NCBI RefSeq assembly: GCF_004010195.1
Contig: NC_057753.1
Coordinates: 6,375,277-6,439,276, forward strand
Direction: 5' to 3'
Length of the DNA stretch: 64,000 nt
Origin: Chiloscyllium plagiosum
Lineage: Eukaryota
Part shown: positions 12,407 through 27,019 of the stretch, in pieces
Position numbering within the stretch: position 1 is the stretch's first letter
Layout: each line of letters begins with the position of its first letter
Translations under genes and position numbers: made by a program
Notes under the pieces: generated by a model
What the model was told of the DNA's origin: nothing
Seen by the model: only the letters and a program-made list of their open reading frames with translations
Databases searched by the model: none

Positions 12407-13795
12407 ACGGTGGTATATATTAGAAACATCCACATTCTCACACAAAGGAGAGACTAAAGAAGTCACAGTGGAAATAAACTGACAAAGACACAAATACAGA
12501 CTTGGTGGTGTCATAAGGATAAAGAGTGACAAAAATATTGCTCAAAGCACATTGTGTCTTGACTCAGTGTCTGATCCAGTGACGTAATTGCGCAAGAGTG
12601 ATTGATGGGGAGAGTTTGAAGAGGGAGATCTATACATTACAGCAATCTCTGCTTAACTGAAATGTCTGATTTGGTCAAGTCAGAGGGAGATTTACTTTGG
12701 ATGCAATTTGGTGTGTACGATCGTCACGGAGTGAGATGAGGATAGTGCGGAGATTGACTTTACATTCAGCGCTGTATTGTTCCTGTGCTGGGATGATTTT
12801 ATTCGGAGAACAGGGGATCTACATTCAGAAAACCTGAATAATTTTATCCCTGTCTAATACTGCTATTAACAGAAAACTATCGCCGTCAGAAATAGGTAAC
12901 AGTTTATCAATTTTCTTTTCTTGCATTATGAAAACCGTGTCTTGCATTTCAGAATGTTCCAGTCTGCTACTTTCGGTTAAAGTCAACACTTATCAGTAAA
13001 AGACTAAAATCTTTCTGGCAGAGATATTTGTCTTCATGTGCATTTTGGGAAACTGCCTGTAGAATGAAGGGTCCTTTATTACTGAATTGATCGGGCCAAA
13101 CCTTTGCATGAACCATTGCATTTCTCTCCTCACCAACTTGAGAAAGGCGCAATCTAGAAGATGGTATGCAACAGACTCTTCACCCCCAAGTCACTCTGCC
13201 CAAGTCACTTCGAGGACAGGCGGAAGTGGAGGCTCACAGAGACTGGGCATGCATCAAGCATCTCACGTGCAGTATACTTTCCACCACGAGCCAAGATCTG
13301 TCTTGGTGCCCTTTGGTAGTTCTGGTGATGACTTTCTATCAAATAACTTGGACAGTCTGCTCAGGGAACTAACTGACAGAATGATAATTTCCTGAATTAC
13401 CTCGAGGATATTTTATGCTGATCAATGTGAGATGGATTTGTTGTCAAATGTGTTTTTCCATGTAAACTGCTTCTCTGAAACGATCCTCAGCTCACCACTC
13501 CTCCTAGTAATGGTGACCATCGTTATTTTTATACATCTCACTACTCATGATTTTGAAACCCCCATTAAAAAAACCTTTTCAATTCTCTTTCTTAAAGCAG
13601 TCCTAAAGTCAGAAATCTGTGCTCACCACTGAAGTACCTCATTCTTGGAACCATTATTGTAAATCACGTCTACTCTCTGTCCAATGCGTTGACATTTTTT
13701 CTGATAATTTGGTCTCCCACTGTACGCAATATTCCAGTTGAGGTCGAATAAATGACTTGTATAAGTTTAACATCAACTGCTTGTTCTTCTATTGG

Positions 13796-15690
13796 TAAAC
13801 TGGCCAATAATATAAAAGAAGATAGTAAAAGCTTTTTTTGGTATGTGAAAGGCAAAAAAAATGGATAAGACTAAAATTGGGCCCTTGAAAACAGAAACAG
13901 GGGAATATATTACGGGGAACAAAGAAATGGCAGAAGAATTGAATTGGTACTTCAGATCTGTGTCCACTGGGGAAGACACAAGCAAAATCCCTGAGGTAAC
14001 AGTGGCTGAAGGACCTGAAATTAAGGGAATTTATATTTTCCAGGGATTGGTTTTGGAAAGACTGTTAGGTCTGAAGGTTGATAAGTCCCCGGGGCCTGAC
14101 TGTTAGGTCTGAAGGTTGATAAGTCCCCGGGGCCTGATGGTCTACGTCCCAGGGTACTGGAGGAGGTGGCTCGAGAAATCGTGGATGCGTTGGTGATTAT
14201 TTTCCAGAGTTCGATAGATTCGGGATCAGTTCCTGCGGATTGGAGGGTGGCTAATGTTATACCATTTTTAACAAAGGTGGGAGAGAGAAAGCAGGAAATT
14301 ATAGACCAGTTAGTCTGACCTCAGTGGTGGGAAAGTTGCTGGAGTCTATTATTAACGATGAAATTACGGCATCTGGATAGGAGAAACAGGATAGGTCAGA
14401 GTCAGCATGGATTTGTGAAGGGGAAAACATGCTTGACTAATCTGAAACTTTTTGAGGATGTAACTCTGAAGATGGATGAGGGAGATCCAGTAAATGTAGT
14501 GTCAGAAAGCTTTTGATAAAGTCCCACATAGGAGGTTAGTGAGCAACATTAGGGCGCATGGTATTGGTGGAAAAGTACTAACTTGGATTGAAAATTGGTT
14601 GGCTGATAGGAAACAAAGAGTAGTGATAAACGGCTCCAAATCGGAATGGCAGGAAGTGACCAGTGGGGTACCGCAGGGATCAGTACCGGGATCGCAGCTT
14701 TTTACAATATATGTTAATGATATAGAAGATGGTATTAAAATACCATTAGCAAATTTGCTGATGATACTAAGCTGGGTGGCAGGGTGAAATGTGATGAGGA
14801 TTTTTGGAGATTACAGGGTGGCCTGGACAAGTTAGGTGAGTGGTCAGATGCATGGCAGATGCAGTTTAATGTGGATAAATGTATGGTTATCCACTTTGGT
14901 GGCAAGAATAGGAAGGCAGATTACTACCTAAATGGAATCAATTTAGGTAAAGGGACAGTACAGAGAGATCTGGGTGTTCTTGTACAACAGTCAATGAAGG
15001 CAAGCATGCAGGTACAGCAGGTAGTGAAGAAGGCTAATAGCATGCTGGCCTTCATAACAAGAGGGATTGAGTATAGAAGCAAAGAGGTACTTCTGCAGCT
15101 GTATCGTGTCCAGGTAAGACCACACCTGGAGTATTGTGTGCAGTTCTGGTCTCCAAACTTGAGGAAAGACATTCTGGCTATTGAGGGAGTGCAGCGTAGG
15201 TTAACGAGGTCAATTCCTGGAATGGCGAGATTACCTTACACTGAAAGACTGGAGCGACTGGGCTTGTATACCGTTGGGTTTAGAAGACTGAGAGGGGATC
15301 TGATTGAGACATATAAGATTATGAAAGGTTTGGACACTCTGGAGGCAAGAAACATGTTTCCGCTGATGGGTGAGTGCCGAACCAGAGGACACAGCTTAAA
15401 AATACGGGGTAGACCATTTAGGACAGAGATGAGGAATAACCTCTTCACCCAGAGAGTGGTGGCTGTGTGGAATGCTCTGCCCCAGAGGGCAGTGGAGGCC
15501 AGTCTCTGGATTCATTTAAGAAAGAGTTGGATAGAGCTTTCAAGGATAGCGGAGTCAAGGGTTATGGAGATAAGGCAGGAACAGGATACTGATTAAGGAT
15601 GATCATCCATGATCTTATTGAATGGTGGTGCAGGCTCGAAGGGCAGAATGACCTTCTCATGCACCTATTGTCTATTATCTATTGCCTATA
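13796..15690 (+). mobile_element. CR1 LINE, 5'-truncated ORF2 (RT) and 3' UTR
   Basis: ORFs with [40 protein letters not shown]; tail CTATTGTCTATTATCTATTG. Confidence 0.92.
14060..14137 (+). repeat. Perfect 38-bp tandem duplication inside CR1
   Basis: GACTGTTAGGTCTGAAGGTTGATAAGTCCCCGGGGCCT twice, with GA microhomology. Confidence 0.95.
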
Positions 15691-15899
15691 TTGTCTTTGT
15701 CTGTAATGGCCAGGTGGAGATAGAAATTAGGTGTCTTAATGAGAACAGTGATGGAGAACAATTCCATCGTATCCAAAGGCACGGTGGGTATCTGTTTAAG
15801 TATGCTCAAGCACTGCCTAACTTTGAAGTGAAGGATTCCGAAGTATTTTTCATTTCGGTTGATAAAGTCGTTAAACATATGCAGTAGCTGGCGCCAATG

Positions 15900-18200
15900 T
15901 ATATAATGTTGATCCAAACAAAGCTGTTAAGTATATGTAGTGAAGTATGTGCATCATTATCATAGGAGATACGTGGGGAGTATGAGTTTGAGTATGACGC
16001 TGTGAAGAAAGCTATCCTGAGCGTGCATCAACTATTGCCAGATGCTGTTAGGTAATGTTTCACCAATCCAAGGAGGAACCCTGGTCGAAGGTACTTTGAG
16101 TTTAAAAGAAAGTAGTTCACACATATGACACTTTTTGAGAAACATTTATTTTGGAGGTGTTCATTAATTCACTTCCTGATGTACTGAGCTCTCACGAGGA
16201 AGATCATAGAGTTCACACTGCAAGATTAGCGATGGAAATGAATGATTACTGTAACTGTTTCATACATCAAAGTTTGGCTTCCCACGTTTGTGAGGAATAG
16301 AAATCATGGTAAAGTGACATACTTCAGAGGTAAGGGAAAATGAAGTCTCATGCTAGACAGTAAAATAGTTAACTACTAGGTAAAAAAGAAATCTGTGTGG
16401 ACGAAGGAGATAGAAGGCAGCTCCAGTCTTTTCTGCGCATTAACGCATGTCACATGCAGTCCCAGATTTGGTGGTTGAGAAAAAACCCCTGGGAAGACGG
16501 ATGTGAGAAAAAAACACAAGCTTTGTTGAATCTATGCACACTAAAAACTAAACATCCGCAAATGAATATACAATATGTTTAGCGGCTGGTTGAGAAGGAG
16601 GCGCCAGATCTTACTAAAAAAAAGAAATTACTCGTGAGAATCTGGCTTACTCATGTATGCGAGTTGAATCAGATAATAAAATTATATTTCTAAGAGATTT
16701 GCGAGCATGTCAGTCACTGATATTACGAGATGACTAGTTGAGAAAAAGCATTGCGAGAAAAAGTTGGAATACCTGTAGACAAATCAATGTCCAGTTATCT
16801 AAAGTGAGGTAGGAATCTCCAGTAAGGAGTGATGAAGTGAATGTAGGGCGAATAGAGAAATCTCCGTTAACAGGATTGCAATTTGTCTTTTGTGGGATTG
16901 ATGCCTACCCTGCTTGAAAAGCTAGCTGAGAATCAGGTAGTGGAGAAACTACAGGAAATGTATCTTGGGACTTTTCATAATTGTATGATAACAAGATCAT
17001 AAAGCCACGGATTAAAGTAGGAAGAGATATCAAAGAATGAAGACAAGGCTTTTGTAGGACAATCAGCAGAGATGATGTTTGAACAAATAGTTACGAAAAA
17101 AAAACAATAAAACAGGTGGCGGACAAAGTGATTATTTTTAGTTCCAAGAAATTTAAGGAATTGCAACAGAAAGTCAAAAATCTAAATCAATTGTATCAAA
17201 AAGTGTATATCAAAAGGTAACCTGAGAGTATCCAAATCGTTACTATCGTAAAAGTAACCTCTTGATGAGGAACTGGAGATGACCAAATATTCAAGCGAAT
17301 GAGAAATGGGAGGAAATTTGTCAAGTTGTAAAACCATGGGGCTACGGAATTGAAGAGTTACAAATAGCACACGTATTACCAGTAGGAAGTCATTTGGAAG
17401 TAAGCAAAAATCACGCCAAAATATAAACACATTTTCTTTTGCTCTGGATTGCCTAAGGATATACCTGGAGATACCAAATATTCTGTCGGTTTTTTTTTGC
17501 AAGGTATTTATTTCAATTAGAAGGCTTCTGCTTTTTACTGTATCATTTTATTATGATTTGTGTGAGTGAGCAAAGAAAATATTTCAATGACCACTAAGTT
17601 CCACTTTAAGCAACTTGTTTGCATTGTGAAACAGTTCTTGAACAGAACTAAATGTGTAATGATAACTGAAGCCTTTCCATACGGGGCAGAGTTCAGTTGT
17701 GATCTGACAGGGCCATAATATTGCAGTTAAGAGCATCAACTATTAGTTTACTCAGTAATTAAGACCCCGTAATTGGGCAAAATAGAGGACAGTACATTAC
17801 ATGGGAAATAGCATCCTTTCTAATAGAGCGAGAGCTGAAGAGTCAGGAACAAAGCAACTGTGTCATTCCATTCGTATCACGGACTCTTTATTCCTCATTG
17901 AATCCAGTGCCAGAAATGACTAATATTGATTGATGCACTCACAGAAAATATCCCACAGCGAGTGATTCAGATGGGGTTTCTCTAAGTAGGAAGCTGACTT
18001 CAAAGAGTATCAGACTTTTGACCAAAAGTGGATTTTTTTTATTGCTTCTGCCTACAGTGAACTATGAATATCTTTGGTGCTAACATAAAGTTCCATTGAT
18101 ACAGATACAGTAAAGGTAGTAATATTACAACAATGACTGACACTGTACCCATTTCTTCCATCATATCTCCAACTGAACTCCGTGATATTACACAGAATGT
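15900..18200 (+). mobile_element. Gmr1-like Gypsy LTR-retrotransposon internal relic
   Basis: SCAN/gag-like YDAVKKAILSVHQLLPDAVR*CFTNPRRNPGRRYFEF near 15993-16105; protease-like FLRDLRACQSLILRD near 16687-16731; ELQQK..LNQLYQK near 17158 preceding an integrase-like region. Heavily disrupted; LTRs not identified. Confidence 0.6.
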
Positions 18201-18239
18201 ATATTAGAAGATGAATACACTGTATTGATACGTAAAATC

Positions 18240-18740
18240 GTAGTCATCGAATCATCGAGTCATACAGAACAGAAATAAACGCTTCTGTCCAATCAGTCCA
18301 TGCTGAAAATAATCCCCTTCCCACCTGCTTGGTCCTGTGCCATATGCGACAAAAACTTTCCTGTTCATGTTCTTCATGAAATGTCTTTTGAACGTTGTAA
18401 TTGTACCTACACCCACCACTTCTCAGGTATTTCATTCCACACGCGAAACACCCTCTGCGTAAAACATTCAATCCTCATGTCTTTATTTAAATCTTTCTCC
18501 TCTCAACATAAAACGTATCCTCCTAGTTTTCAAATCCCTTCGCCCAGGCAAAAGACAACTGAAATCTATCGATCTCCCAAATTATTGCATAAACTTCTAT
18601 GAAGTCAACTGTCAACCTTGCACGCTCCAGTGTAAAATGTCCCCGCCTATGTCGTGTTTCTTTGTGATTCTAACATCTCATACTCGGCAACATTACTGGT
18701 AAATTTCTTCTGAACGCTGTCCAACTAAACACTTCCCAAC
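18240..18740 (-). mobile_element. CR1 LINE 3' fragment
   Basis: Reverse-complement CR1 tail (GAGTCATACAGAACAGAAA) and 3' ORF2 remnants. Confidence 0.7.
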
Positions 18741-18789
18741 TCCGAAGCTGCATCAGATCACCTGCTGTGGAAACCTCTATCCGCGTCTT

Positions 18790-19200
18790 TGCACAAGCTG
18801 AGCTTGTCTAAAGCAATTCTTCTGACCAGCTTTCACCGACATCTATCTCTGCTCATCTAAAATTCGGCTGCTTGGAACTTCACCCGAATCACGTCCAGTT
18901 CAAAAATCTGTGTCTTATTATATTCACTGGCTCCTGACCCAGAAATGGATCACTTGTATAATCTCTATCCTTAGCTTCAAGTCCGTCATGACCTCGTCAT
19001 TCCGTTCTCTTTAACTTCTTTAAGCCCAATAAACCCTCCAGCTGTGTGCTCACCTATCATTTTGTGCATTCCGTATTTTCATCCCCGCATTGTTAACAGC
19101 TGTGCTTTCCATTAAACTTGTTATCCCCATTCTGGAATCTCTCATGAACCATTCCATTTGTCAAGCTACTTCTCTTTAAGACTCCCTAAAACCTCGCACA
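18790..19200 (+). mobile_element. Old L2-like LINE 3' remnant
   Basis: IHWLLTQKWI..IISILSFKS-like remnant near 18921-18985 resembles the L2 ORF2 C-terminal LHWLP motif; very decayed. Confidence 0.4.
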
Positions 19201-20934
19201 TCAGAAACAGTAGCCTGACATTACTTGCCATGATTATGTTATCTTTCTTGTGAAGTAGTAACGCTATTGGGAGAGTCTTCGGAGAGACTGCATGCTCCAA
19301 ACACTATTATAAACTAAGGTCGTGTCGTAGTGAGCATGACTCAGTTAATCTGAGTTCAATACTGAGCCATCTGAACTTGCATGCTTTAAACAGTCCATCG
19401 GTAACTTCAAATTAAAATCGCATCCTTTTTTTTGGTTTTGGGAAGGTTTTGTTTTGAAACTCCAGTCAGCCTTCGTTCATAGAGACAGAGTTACATTTTG
19501 AAATGGGAGTCCTTACCGCTGATGACATTTGTTTTTTTCTGAATTGCAGGGTGTAGTCAGGACAGAACTATTCAAAGATTCCAGGCTTAAGTTTTTTTTT
19601 AGTTTATGCTGTACATTTTGTCTAATTCTCAAGAGCCATTTGACAGTATGGTTTTAAGAGAGATCCAGGTGGATACACGTGGTTTTGCCGATAAAGGGAC
19701 CAAAGTAAAAGGCAATGGTGAACGCGAGTTTGGGCGATTGGATTCAGTTCCTGCTTTTCTTGCCAAAATGTGCAACATGACCTAAAGCAACTAGCAAATT
19801 GCGCAGAAAAGTGAGACATGAAACTTAATCAGATAGGTGTGAAATAATCAGTTTTGGAAGGACTAATAAATGAAAGGAGGAGGCGATCGATTGTGGGATT
19901 CAGTAAAAGACCACTGGTTACAGATCTGCCGCTATTACCTTGGACTGGTCAACATGTGACTTCAGCGAGAGCTCTTCCCTGTTCCCTGCCTTGGTGCAAA
20001 AAGCCGAATGTTATTAAATGACGCTGTCACAAAGAGCATTTCGGTATGTTCGGGATTTTGACCCCAGAAATCAGAGATCTGCATTGTTTTTCTTTTCATT
20101 TTTGTAACAATTTGTTGCCAAGGCCATGATTCAGCTCATCAGACAGTTAAAGTGGACAGGCCAGCTCTCTTTTGAAATGCTGATAGCTCACTTGTTGTGG
20201 ATGTTGCATGCGTTGTTGTGATTGAAGTGTCACCAGGTCAGCTTCGATGGCCTCCTGCAGGGCGATAACAGCACAGATCTCTGAAGATCAACCTTGTCTT
20301 CTAACTAATTTCTCACATCAGGCACTGGCAGGGCAATTTGGGAATGAGCAGCTCTGGGGATTACTGGTCGCAGTAGATCTCTCTCAGAGCCACATACCGG
20401 TTCACAGCGATGAGGCACCTTAAATCCAGTTATGGCTGGAGAGCTGTTCCAAGTAGCCTTGCTAACACTTTGTAAGGAGCTTTCCCAATATCTTGTTACT
20501 CCATCTGTACGCTCCTGGCACGTTTTGAACAACTTAATGTTCATAAACACAAAATGTGTAAATGTAGATTAAAAAATGCATGCGAATATCTGGCTGCAGT
20601 AAGAGCAATGATAGAAAATGAGGCCGTTTGTAATGAAAGCTGACGACATTGTGAGAATCCCCCTGAATGTGTAACACCTAGATCCGGGGAGGGGGAGCGG
20701 GTATGTGAAACATTTCCATCCTCGCAGCTGGTGGAACTTACAATAAATTAGTCAATGAATCGGAACACATTACATAAGAATGGTAATAGGGCATTCAGCT
20801 GTGCTTTATCATTTAATGTAAACTTTTTTTTTTACCACAGGTCATTTTACCACATCATCCTGATATACCCTACGCTATTGACAACGAGAAGTACATCTTT
20901 TACTTTGACTGGAGCAGTTTCTTTGCCTGAGGCC

Positions 20935-21930
20935 ACTATATCAATGACTTGGATGTTAAATGTACAAGGCATGCTTGGTAAGTTTGCAGATGACATTAAG
21001 GTATGTGGTCTAGTGGATAGTGAGAAGGTTTATCAGAAATTGCAGCAGGACCTTGATGAGCGAGATAAGTTGGTAGAAAAATAGGAAATGATGATTAAGA
21101 GAAATAAATGTAAGCTTTTGCCTTTAAGAGAGTCACATTAAGTCAGCAGTTTCATGGCCTTCATTGGTTCAGACGCTGAGTATGGAATTTGGGAAGTTAT
21201 GTTGCAGTTGTGCAGTACGTTGGTGAAGCCGCACTTGGACTATTAATTTCAATTTTAGTCACCTTGCTGAAGGAAGCAAGATACTAAACTGGAAAGAGTG
21301 CCGAGAAAAATACATGAATGTTACCAGGAACTGAATGGTCAGAGTTATAGGGAGAGGTTGGACAAGCTTATTTTTTATTCGTTGGAGCATAGAAGACTGA
21401 GCGTGGATCTTATAGAAGTGTTTGAGATCATGACAGAGAAGAATAGGGTGAGTGCACTCAGTCTTTGCCCGAGGGTTGGGGTATCGAGGACCAGAGTGCA
21501 TCAGTTCAAGATTAAAGTGGAAAGAATAAAAGGGATGCTGAGGGGGTCTATTTTTATGCAGAAGGCAGTACGCATATATAATGAGCTGCCAGCTCATTGA
21601 GACTTGTATGTGCAGAACATTTCAAATACATTTGAACAAATACCTGGATAGGAAAGGTTTAAAAGGATATGGGGCAAGAGCAGGAAAATGAGATTAGCAT
21701 TGTTCGACATTTTGGTCGATATGGACTAGTTTGGGCCAAACGTCCCAACTCCATGCTAAAGAACTTTAAGTACATTTAAGTCGTCATTGGACAAGCATAT
21801 GGACGTACATGGAAGAGTGTAGGTTATATGGGCTTCAGATTTAATGACAGGTCGGCGCAACATCGAGGGCCGAAGGGCCTGTACTGCGCTGTAATGTTCT
21901 ATGTTCTATAACTCTATAACTCTATGATTC
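20935..21930 (+). mobile_element. CR1 LINE 3' fragment with a second CR1 3' end nested in its tail
   Basis: KFADDIK and HRRLSVDLIEVFEIM motifs; second 3' UTR about 21770-21908 ends TGTTCTATGTTCTA, followed by TAACTCTATAACTCTATGATTC. Confidence 0.8.
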
Positions 21931-23129
21931 CTAAGTCCTCTGGGATAAAGAACTCGAAAGGTACGGACTGGGCTGACTGAAGAACCGTTTGCGATTTTAA
22001 AGTCGTTGCTCTTGTTTTGGACACGATCCATAGCTCGAGAATACTGCAATAATCTGAAATAAAACCACTCTCAGTAATGGAGAGCATGCAATTACCATCG
22101 ATTGAGTGAAACATCTATTGGTTCACCAATCCCACTTGAATGCTTCCGAACCTGGAGAATGTAGAACACTTAGAGATTAGTGCAGTTAACACTGAATGAT
22201 ACAAAATTAGTAAGTGATCAGATTATTTTCAATTATTGACCATGTTCAGAAGATTGGGAAATCAAAGGCTTTGACCTGTGGTGTCACTGCATCATACAGT
22301 GTGAAAACAGAACCTTCGGTCCAACCAGCCCAAAACTCCATTATAATTCAATATCTTTCTTATTAAACACTTACTTAAGTGTCTTTTAAACGTTGTATCT
22401 GTTCCTTGAAATAAGAAACAATCTTTGGATTCCTTTGAAACTAATGGTCAGAGTTCCAATGGAAAGCATGTTCCATGTCGAGGATGATGTCACGTGGACG
22501 AAGAGTCGACAAGTCAGTGAGAAGGATAGGGAAACTACACTTGATGAAATTTAAGCAAAGAAGTAATAAATGTTTAGAAGGATTGGCGTTGCCTTCAGCA
22601 CAGAAGAAATGGTAGAATTTAGTTTATTTTCAAACAAAACTTTTCCTTGAAAGAAAGTGATTGGAGCACGGCTGGAATCTAAAAATTTCTGAGTGTATGC
22701 AAATTAACACTCCTGATCCATTTGGCCAAGTGGCCAATTCAGGTAAAGTTCGAGTAATATTAATTACGTTAATTTTTGTTAAAGAAAACTCATACAGGTA
22801 TGAATTTCATTTCCATATTCCGGTCACGGACTTATTCACATTGCTCATATTTTCCCACCATTGATTGTCCAATTTCCTTCCTTGGTAAAACTGTCTACCG
22901 CTTGACTTGGTCTTTTTCAAATCCACAAACTAAATCAGGGTCGGTTCAAAACCCCTAACTCCTTCTGGAGTTTTCCCTGTTATTTTGCCGAATTTCATTA
23001 ATATTTTGAAATATTCAGGGGTCAGACAACGTCAGTCGAAGAGTTTGCTTCCACTGCATCTTCTGTACTGCCCCTGTCTCATGAGATCAACCAGCATTAT
23101 CTAAAACTGCTCTAAGCCCAGTTCCATTC

Positions 23130-23432
23130 ACTTTCTCCCTCTGCACTCAGGCAGAAGATATAAACGTTTGAATGTCTGTGCAACATATTCACAAGCCGAT
23201 TCTTTCCCACTGTTATCAGATTTTCCTATCGACATCACAGCATTAGTATTGATCTCTCTCTGTCACTCTCTCTGTCTCTACACCTTCTCTGTAGTTGAAA
23301 CACTGTATTCCGCACGCATTCGGCTGTCCTGATGCACCTTCTAGGATACGATGTACCTGCAATGCTCAGAATACAACACATTTCAGTTTATCTCGGTATA
23401 TGTGATTATAATAAATCAAATCATATCAAACC
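23130..23432 (+). mobile_element. Rex1/Babar-like non-LTR retrotransposon 3' fragment
   Basis: PLHSGRRYKRL and RFFPTVIR remnants followed by AATAAATCAAATCATATCAAA tail. Confidence 0.55.
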
Positions 23433-26400
23433 ATCGATCCCTTGCTTTTGTTGGCATTGCACTTTTCAGGAATTGGATGCGTGAGTTTGAATCTGCAAAA
23501 ATTCAGCCACATGAGGAATAATGTTATTGCCTGCTGCGTAAACGGATGTATCCGGTTATTAGGTTAGAAATGCTATCACTTGTTATTCAATCTGGAGATT
23601 TGTTTGACTGAGAAAGAGTAATGTTTAAATATCTGTCACAGAGTGCTCAACTCATTTTCCTGTTCCTCTTACACAGTAAGTAACTGAGAATTTGACGAAT
23701 TCTCGTACAGCCCTCCATGCCGACCAACACATGTCCCGATACTCATGAGCAATGATGTTCACAGAATAGAAAATGAGGCATGCACATTCATTGTTTTTAT
23801 AGAGGAAAGGACCATTTGGGAATGATGGCTATGAAGACGAGTTTTCAATACATGTGTTTCAATCAAGCATCAGTGAGATTGTTGCATCGTAATGTAATTC
23901 TGTGCATTGTCTTTCCGTTTTCATACAAATGAAATGTTTGATTTAGACATTAAATCAATGATCGTTGGATGATCTTCATGCAGATTATTTTGTATATAAC
24001 ATGCAATCCAATTGTGTTCCGTCTGTCAATCTCTGGCTTTTTAGAGAATATGGACTTCATTTTGTATTTCACTGTGTTTGATATTGTACGTGACCAATGA
24101 AATATATCAAAATTTCCCTGTCTCTCACTATCACAGTCAGTCATGACTGGGAATACGTGATTCACTTTCTGTAGTGAAAGTGGGTGCTCGTGTATTTCAT
24201 TGAGTCATTGAATCTTATTGATTTTAATTGTGAATTACCATGCTTCTTCCGCAGTCTCTAATCTTGTACATGACAGCAACGTTTGTTTTGCACTCTATTT
24301 TATTCTTTTCTTTGCAAGCAAAGTGGACACCAAGGGTTTAGCTCTATTTGCAGGATGTTGTTTGTACTTATGTCTTGAATATTGTAGTATACAGATTGTT
24401 TTGTACAATGTATGTTTTATCATTAATTTATGTGTCTTCTAAACAGGGAAATCTACATTATTTTAGAAACAGAAAATTCTGCCTCCACTCACCTGTTCCC
24501 ACAGCTTTTATGGAAAGAAGATCATAATGAACTCTTCAGCTTAATAACATTTCACAAGAACATTGACAGATTTTTTCCACAGAATTATGTATTTTTATTT
24601 GATGTTTCCAGTATCCCTTGCATCCAGACTTTAAAATGATGCAAGGATTTAATATTAATTACAATGTTTGCTGTTATTTGGCATTGATAGATTGAAACGC
24701 CATTTTTATATCTGACATTGGATGTGATTGGAGACTGTGCCTTATGTACAGTTGTATTTATTGCACGATGGAGAATTTATCTCTTTCTCTCGTGCTCTGC
24801 TTCAATGCTGGAATACAATATATGGAATGTGAGATCAGAGTGGAACTGAACATTTCCCGTTTCTGTGACTGTGCGATTCGGGTCATTTCAATGTTTTAGT
24901 GATGACTAGTGTGCATACTGTCTGAGATGAGGAACTGCCTGCATTATTCCTTGTATATCAGTTGGACAATGAAGAGAAGAGCTTTAAGGAAAGTTTGTGA
25001 TCGGCTGCAAGTCAGACAAGGATAAAGTGAATAAAGTTACAATAATGACCAAAGTCAAGGAGAGGATCAGGGGAAACTGTTAAACTGAATAAACAAAATA
25101 TTGAAATTAAAATCGCAGGATCCAGAAAAATTGCCGTCTGAATGCGCACTCAAAAATTGAAATGTTGTTAGACGTTATAACATGAAGAACTCTGTCATGT
25201 TAGTTCATTAATTACATGATGCATAATCACTGTCAGATTATGCGTGAATTATCTGTGATTTCTCATCATTAACTTGATTGTTGTAGGTTACTCACAGTGT
25301 TAAAATAATTTGTAACAGTAAACGGACCTTATTTCAAACCAGACATGCATTCGTTTTACAAACTATCTGATGCTTTCTATCACAGGTGATGTGTCAATTT
25401 TCTTGTTAACACACACAGGGAGATGTTGTCTAGCTTTTGAAAGAAAGGGATCTTCCCCTTCGCATATCCGAGGATCTTTGACCGAAGAAAATGTAGTGGA
25501 TGTGTCCTTCATTGATCTGAAATCATGGTGTAAACGATGAGCCTTGCACGCAGATGTTTAACTCGATTCCTTATAGCCAATGCCATGTTATTCATTGAAG
25601 GCCATCAATTCATTTACCGATCAGCCAATGAAACGTTAACTTCCACAGAAGCAGTAGTGATACTATTTGTTATTCTCTCTCAGCGCATGCACTTAAACAG
25701 TAAAATTTAATCAATGTGCTGTTTATTTCAGGCAATGGCTCATTCATGTGTAAATTATGGGCCAGTCCAGTGCAGTCAGGAATAAACGAGCATGGTGAGA
25801 CTGGAAAGGTGTAGATTGCATTTATTTAACCCAGATGGACATTGGAAGAGTAACAAGAAAACCTACCTGAGTGAACACATGGTGTGTCGATTGCAATCTG
25901 TACAAAATTAACTTTATTTACCGACACAATGACAGGATTGTTGAACTGCAGAAAACAAATTCCAACATGATTAGTGCAGTCGCGTTCCTAGTCACTGAAC
26001 ACATTGCGAGTCAGCAATGCTCAGACAGCAGGCTTCAGACTTTAGTCCCCAAGAAGCTAGAAACCAGGCTTTTAGTAGAAAACATACAGAAATGTTGACA
26101 CTGTCTGAATGGTAGATTAGACCTGATGAATAATTATCAACTTTTAAAGGTACCACACACTGACAAAGAAGAACAATGCTGAATGACAGTACAAAGGATA
26201 TGTCCTAGAATAATCTCAATGTGTTGAGATACCGTTATGTTGAAAGGGCAGGAACCTGCAATGTTCTCCTTACTGTGCAAGGGGTGGGGGTCGGTGTAAT
26301 GATGACGTTTTGTGGAACTGTTCGACGTGCTAGATAAATGACGGAGTGAACGGGAAAATAAACTGTATGCGTCCTGAAAATAAGTGGAATGCAAAAGACA

Positions 26401-27019
26401 GAGAATTGCAAAATAAATGAATTGCAATAATGTCTTTGCTGTAGCGGATTGTATTAATCTGGAATTCGTTGCCTCAAAGCACAGTGGCGCAAAATGCAAT
26501 TATAAGTTTCATTGCGAGTTTTCAATAAGTGCCTGATGTTGGGAGGTTACAGGTTAACAAGAGAATGTTGAGTATCTTCCAACTAGTACGTCCTGGCGTG
26601 GTGGGTTGCATAACATTTTTTTTCAGATCTGCATCTTTCTCTTATTTTCTGATTTATTGGATGTTTTAAACGTTGTCATAACCAGAAAGTGCTCTCTGAG
26701 AATGTGATTAGTGGCGTAGTTCAGTGATCAGTATTGGTATACCAGTTATTTTGAATATATGTTGTTGTCATAAATGACAGAACTAAACAAATTATTTCAA
26801 AGTTTTCAAGTGACACAAACATGGATTCAAGTGTGAGCTGTGGGAAGGATATAGATTCGTTGCTATTGATGTTGGACAATCTAGGAGTTAGACATATCTG
26901 CAAGTACACGCCAAATAGTAATGGGGATAAATATGAGATTATCCAATTTGAAAGAAAGTTTGCAGATTTTATCCGAATTGGAGGTGTAGTGGATAGCAAA
27001 GAAGGTTACCTTAGAGTTC

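Noticed and set aside
12950..24700. Scattered acceptor-like sites (about 12952, 19548, 20840, 23676) suggesting another multi-exon gene
   Set aside because: Could not be joined into a consistent open frame with recognisable homology.
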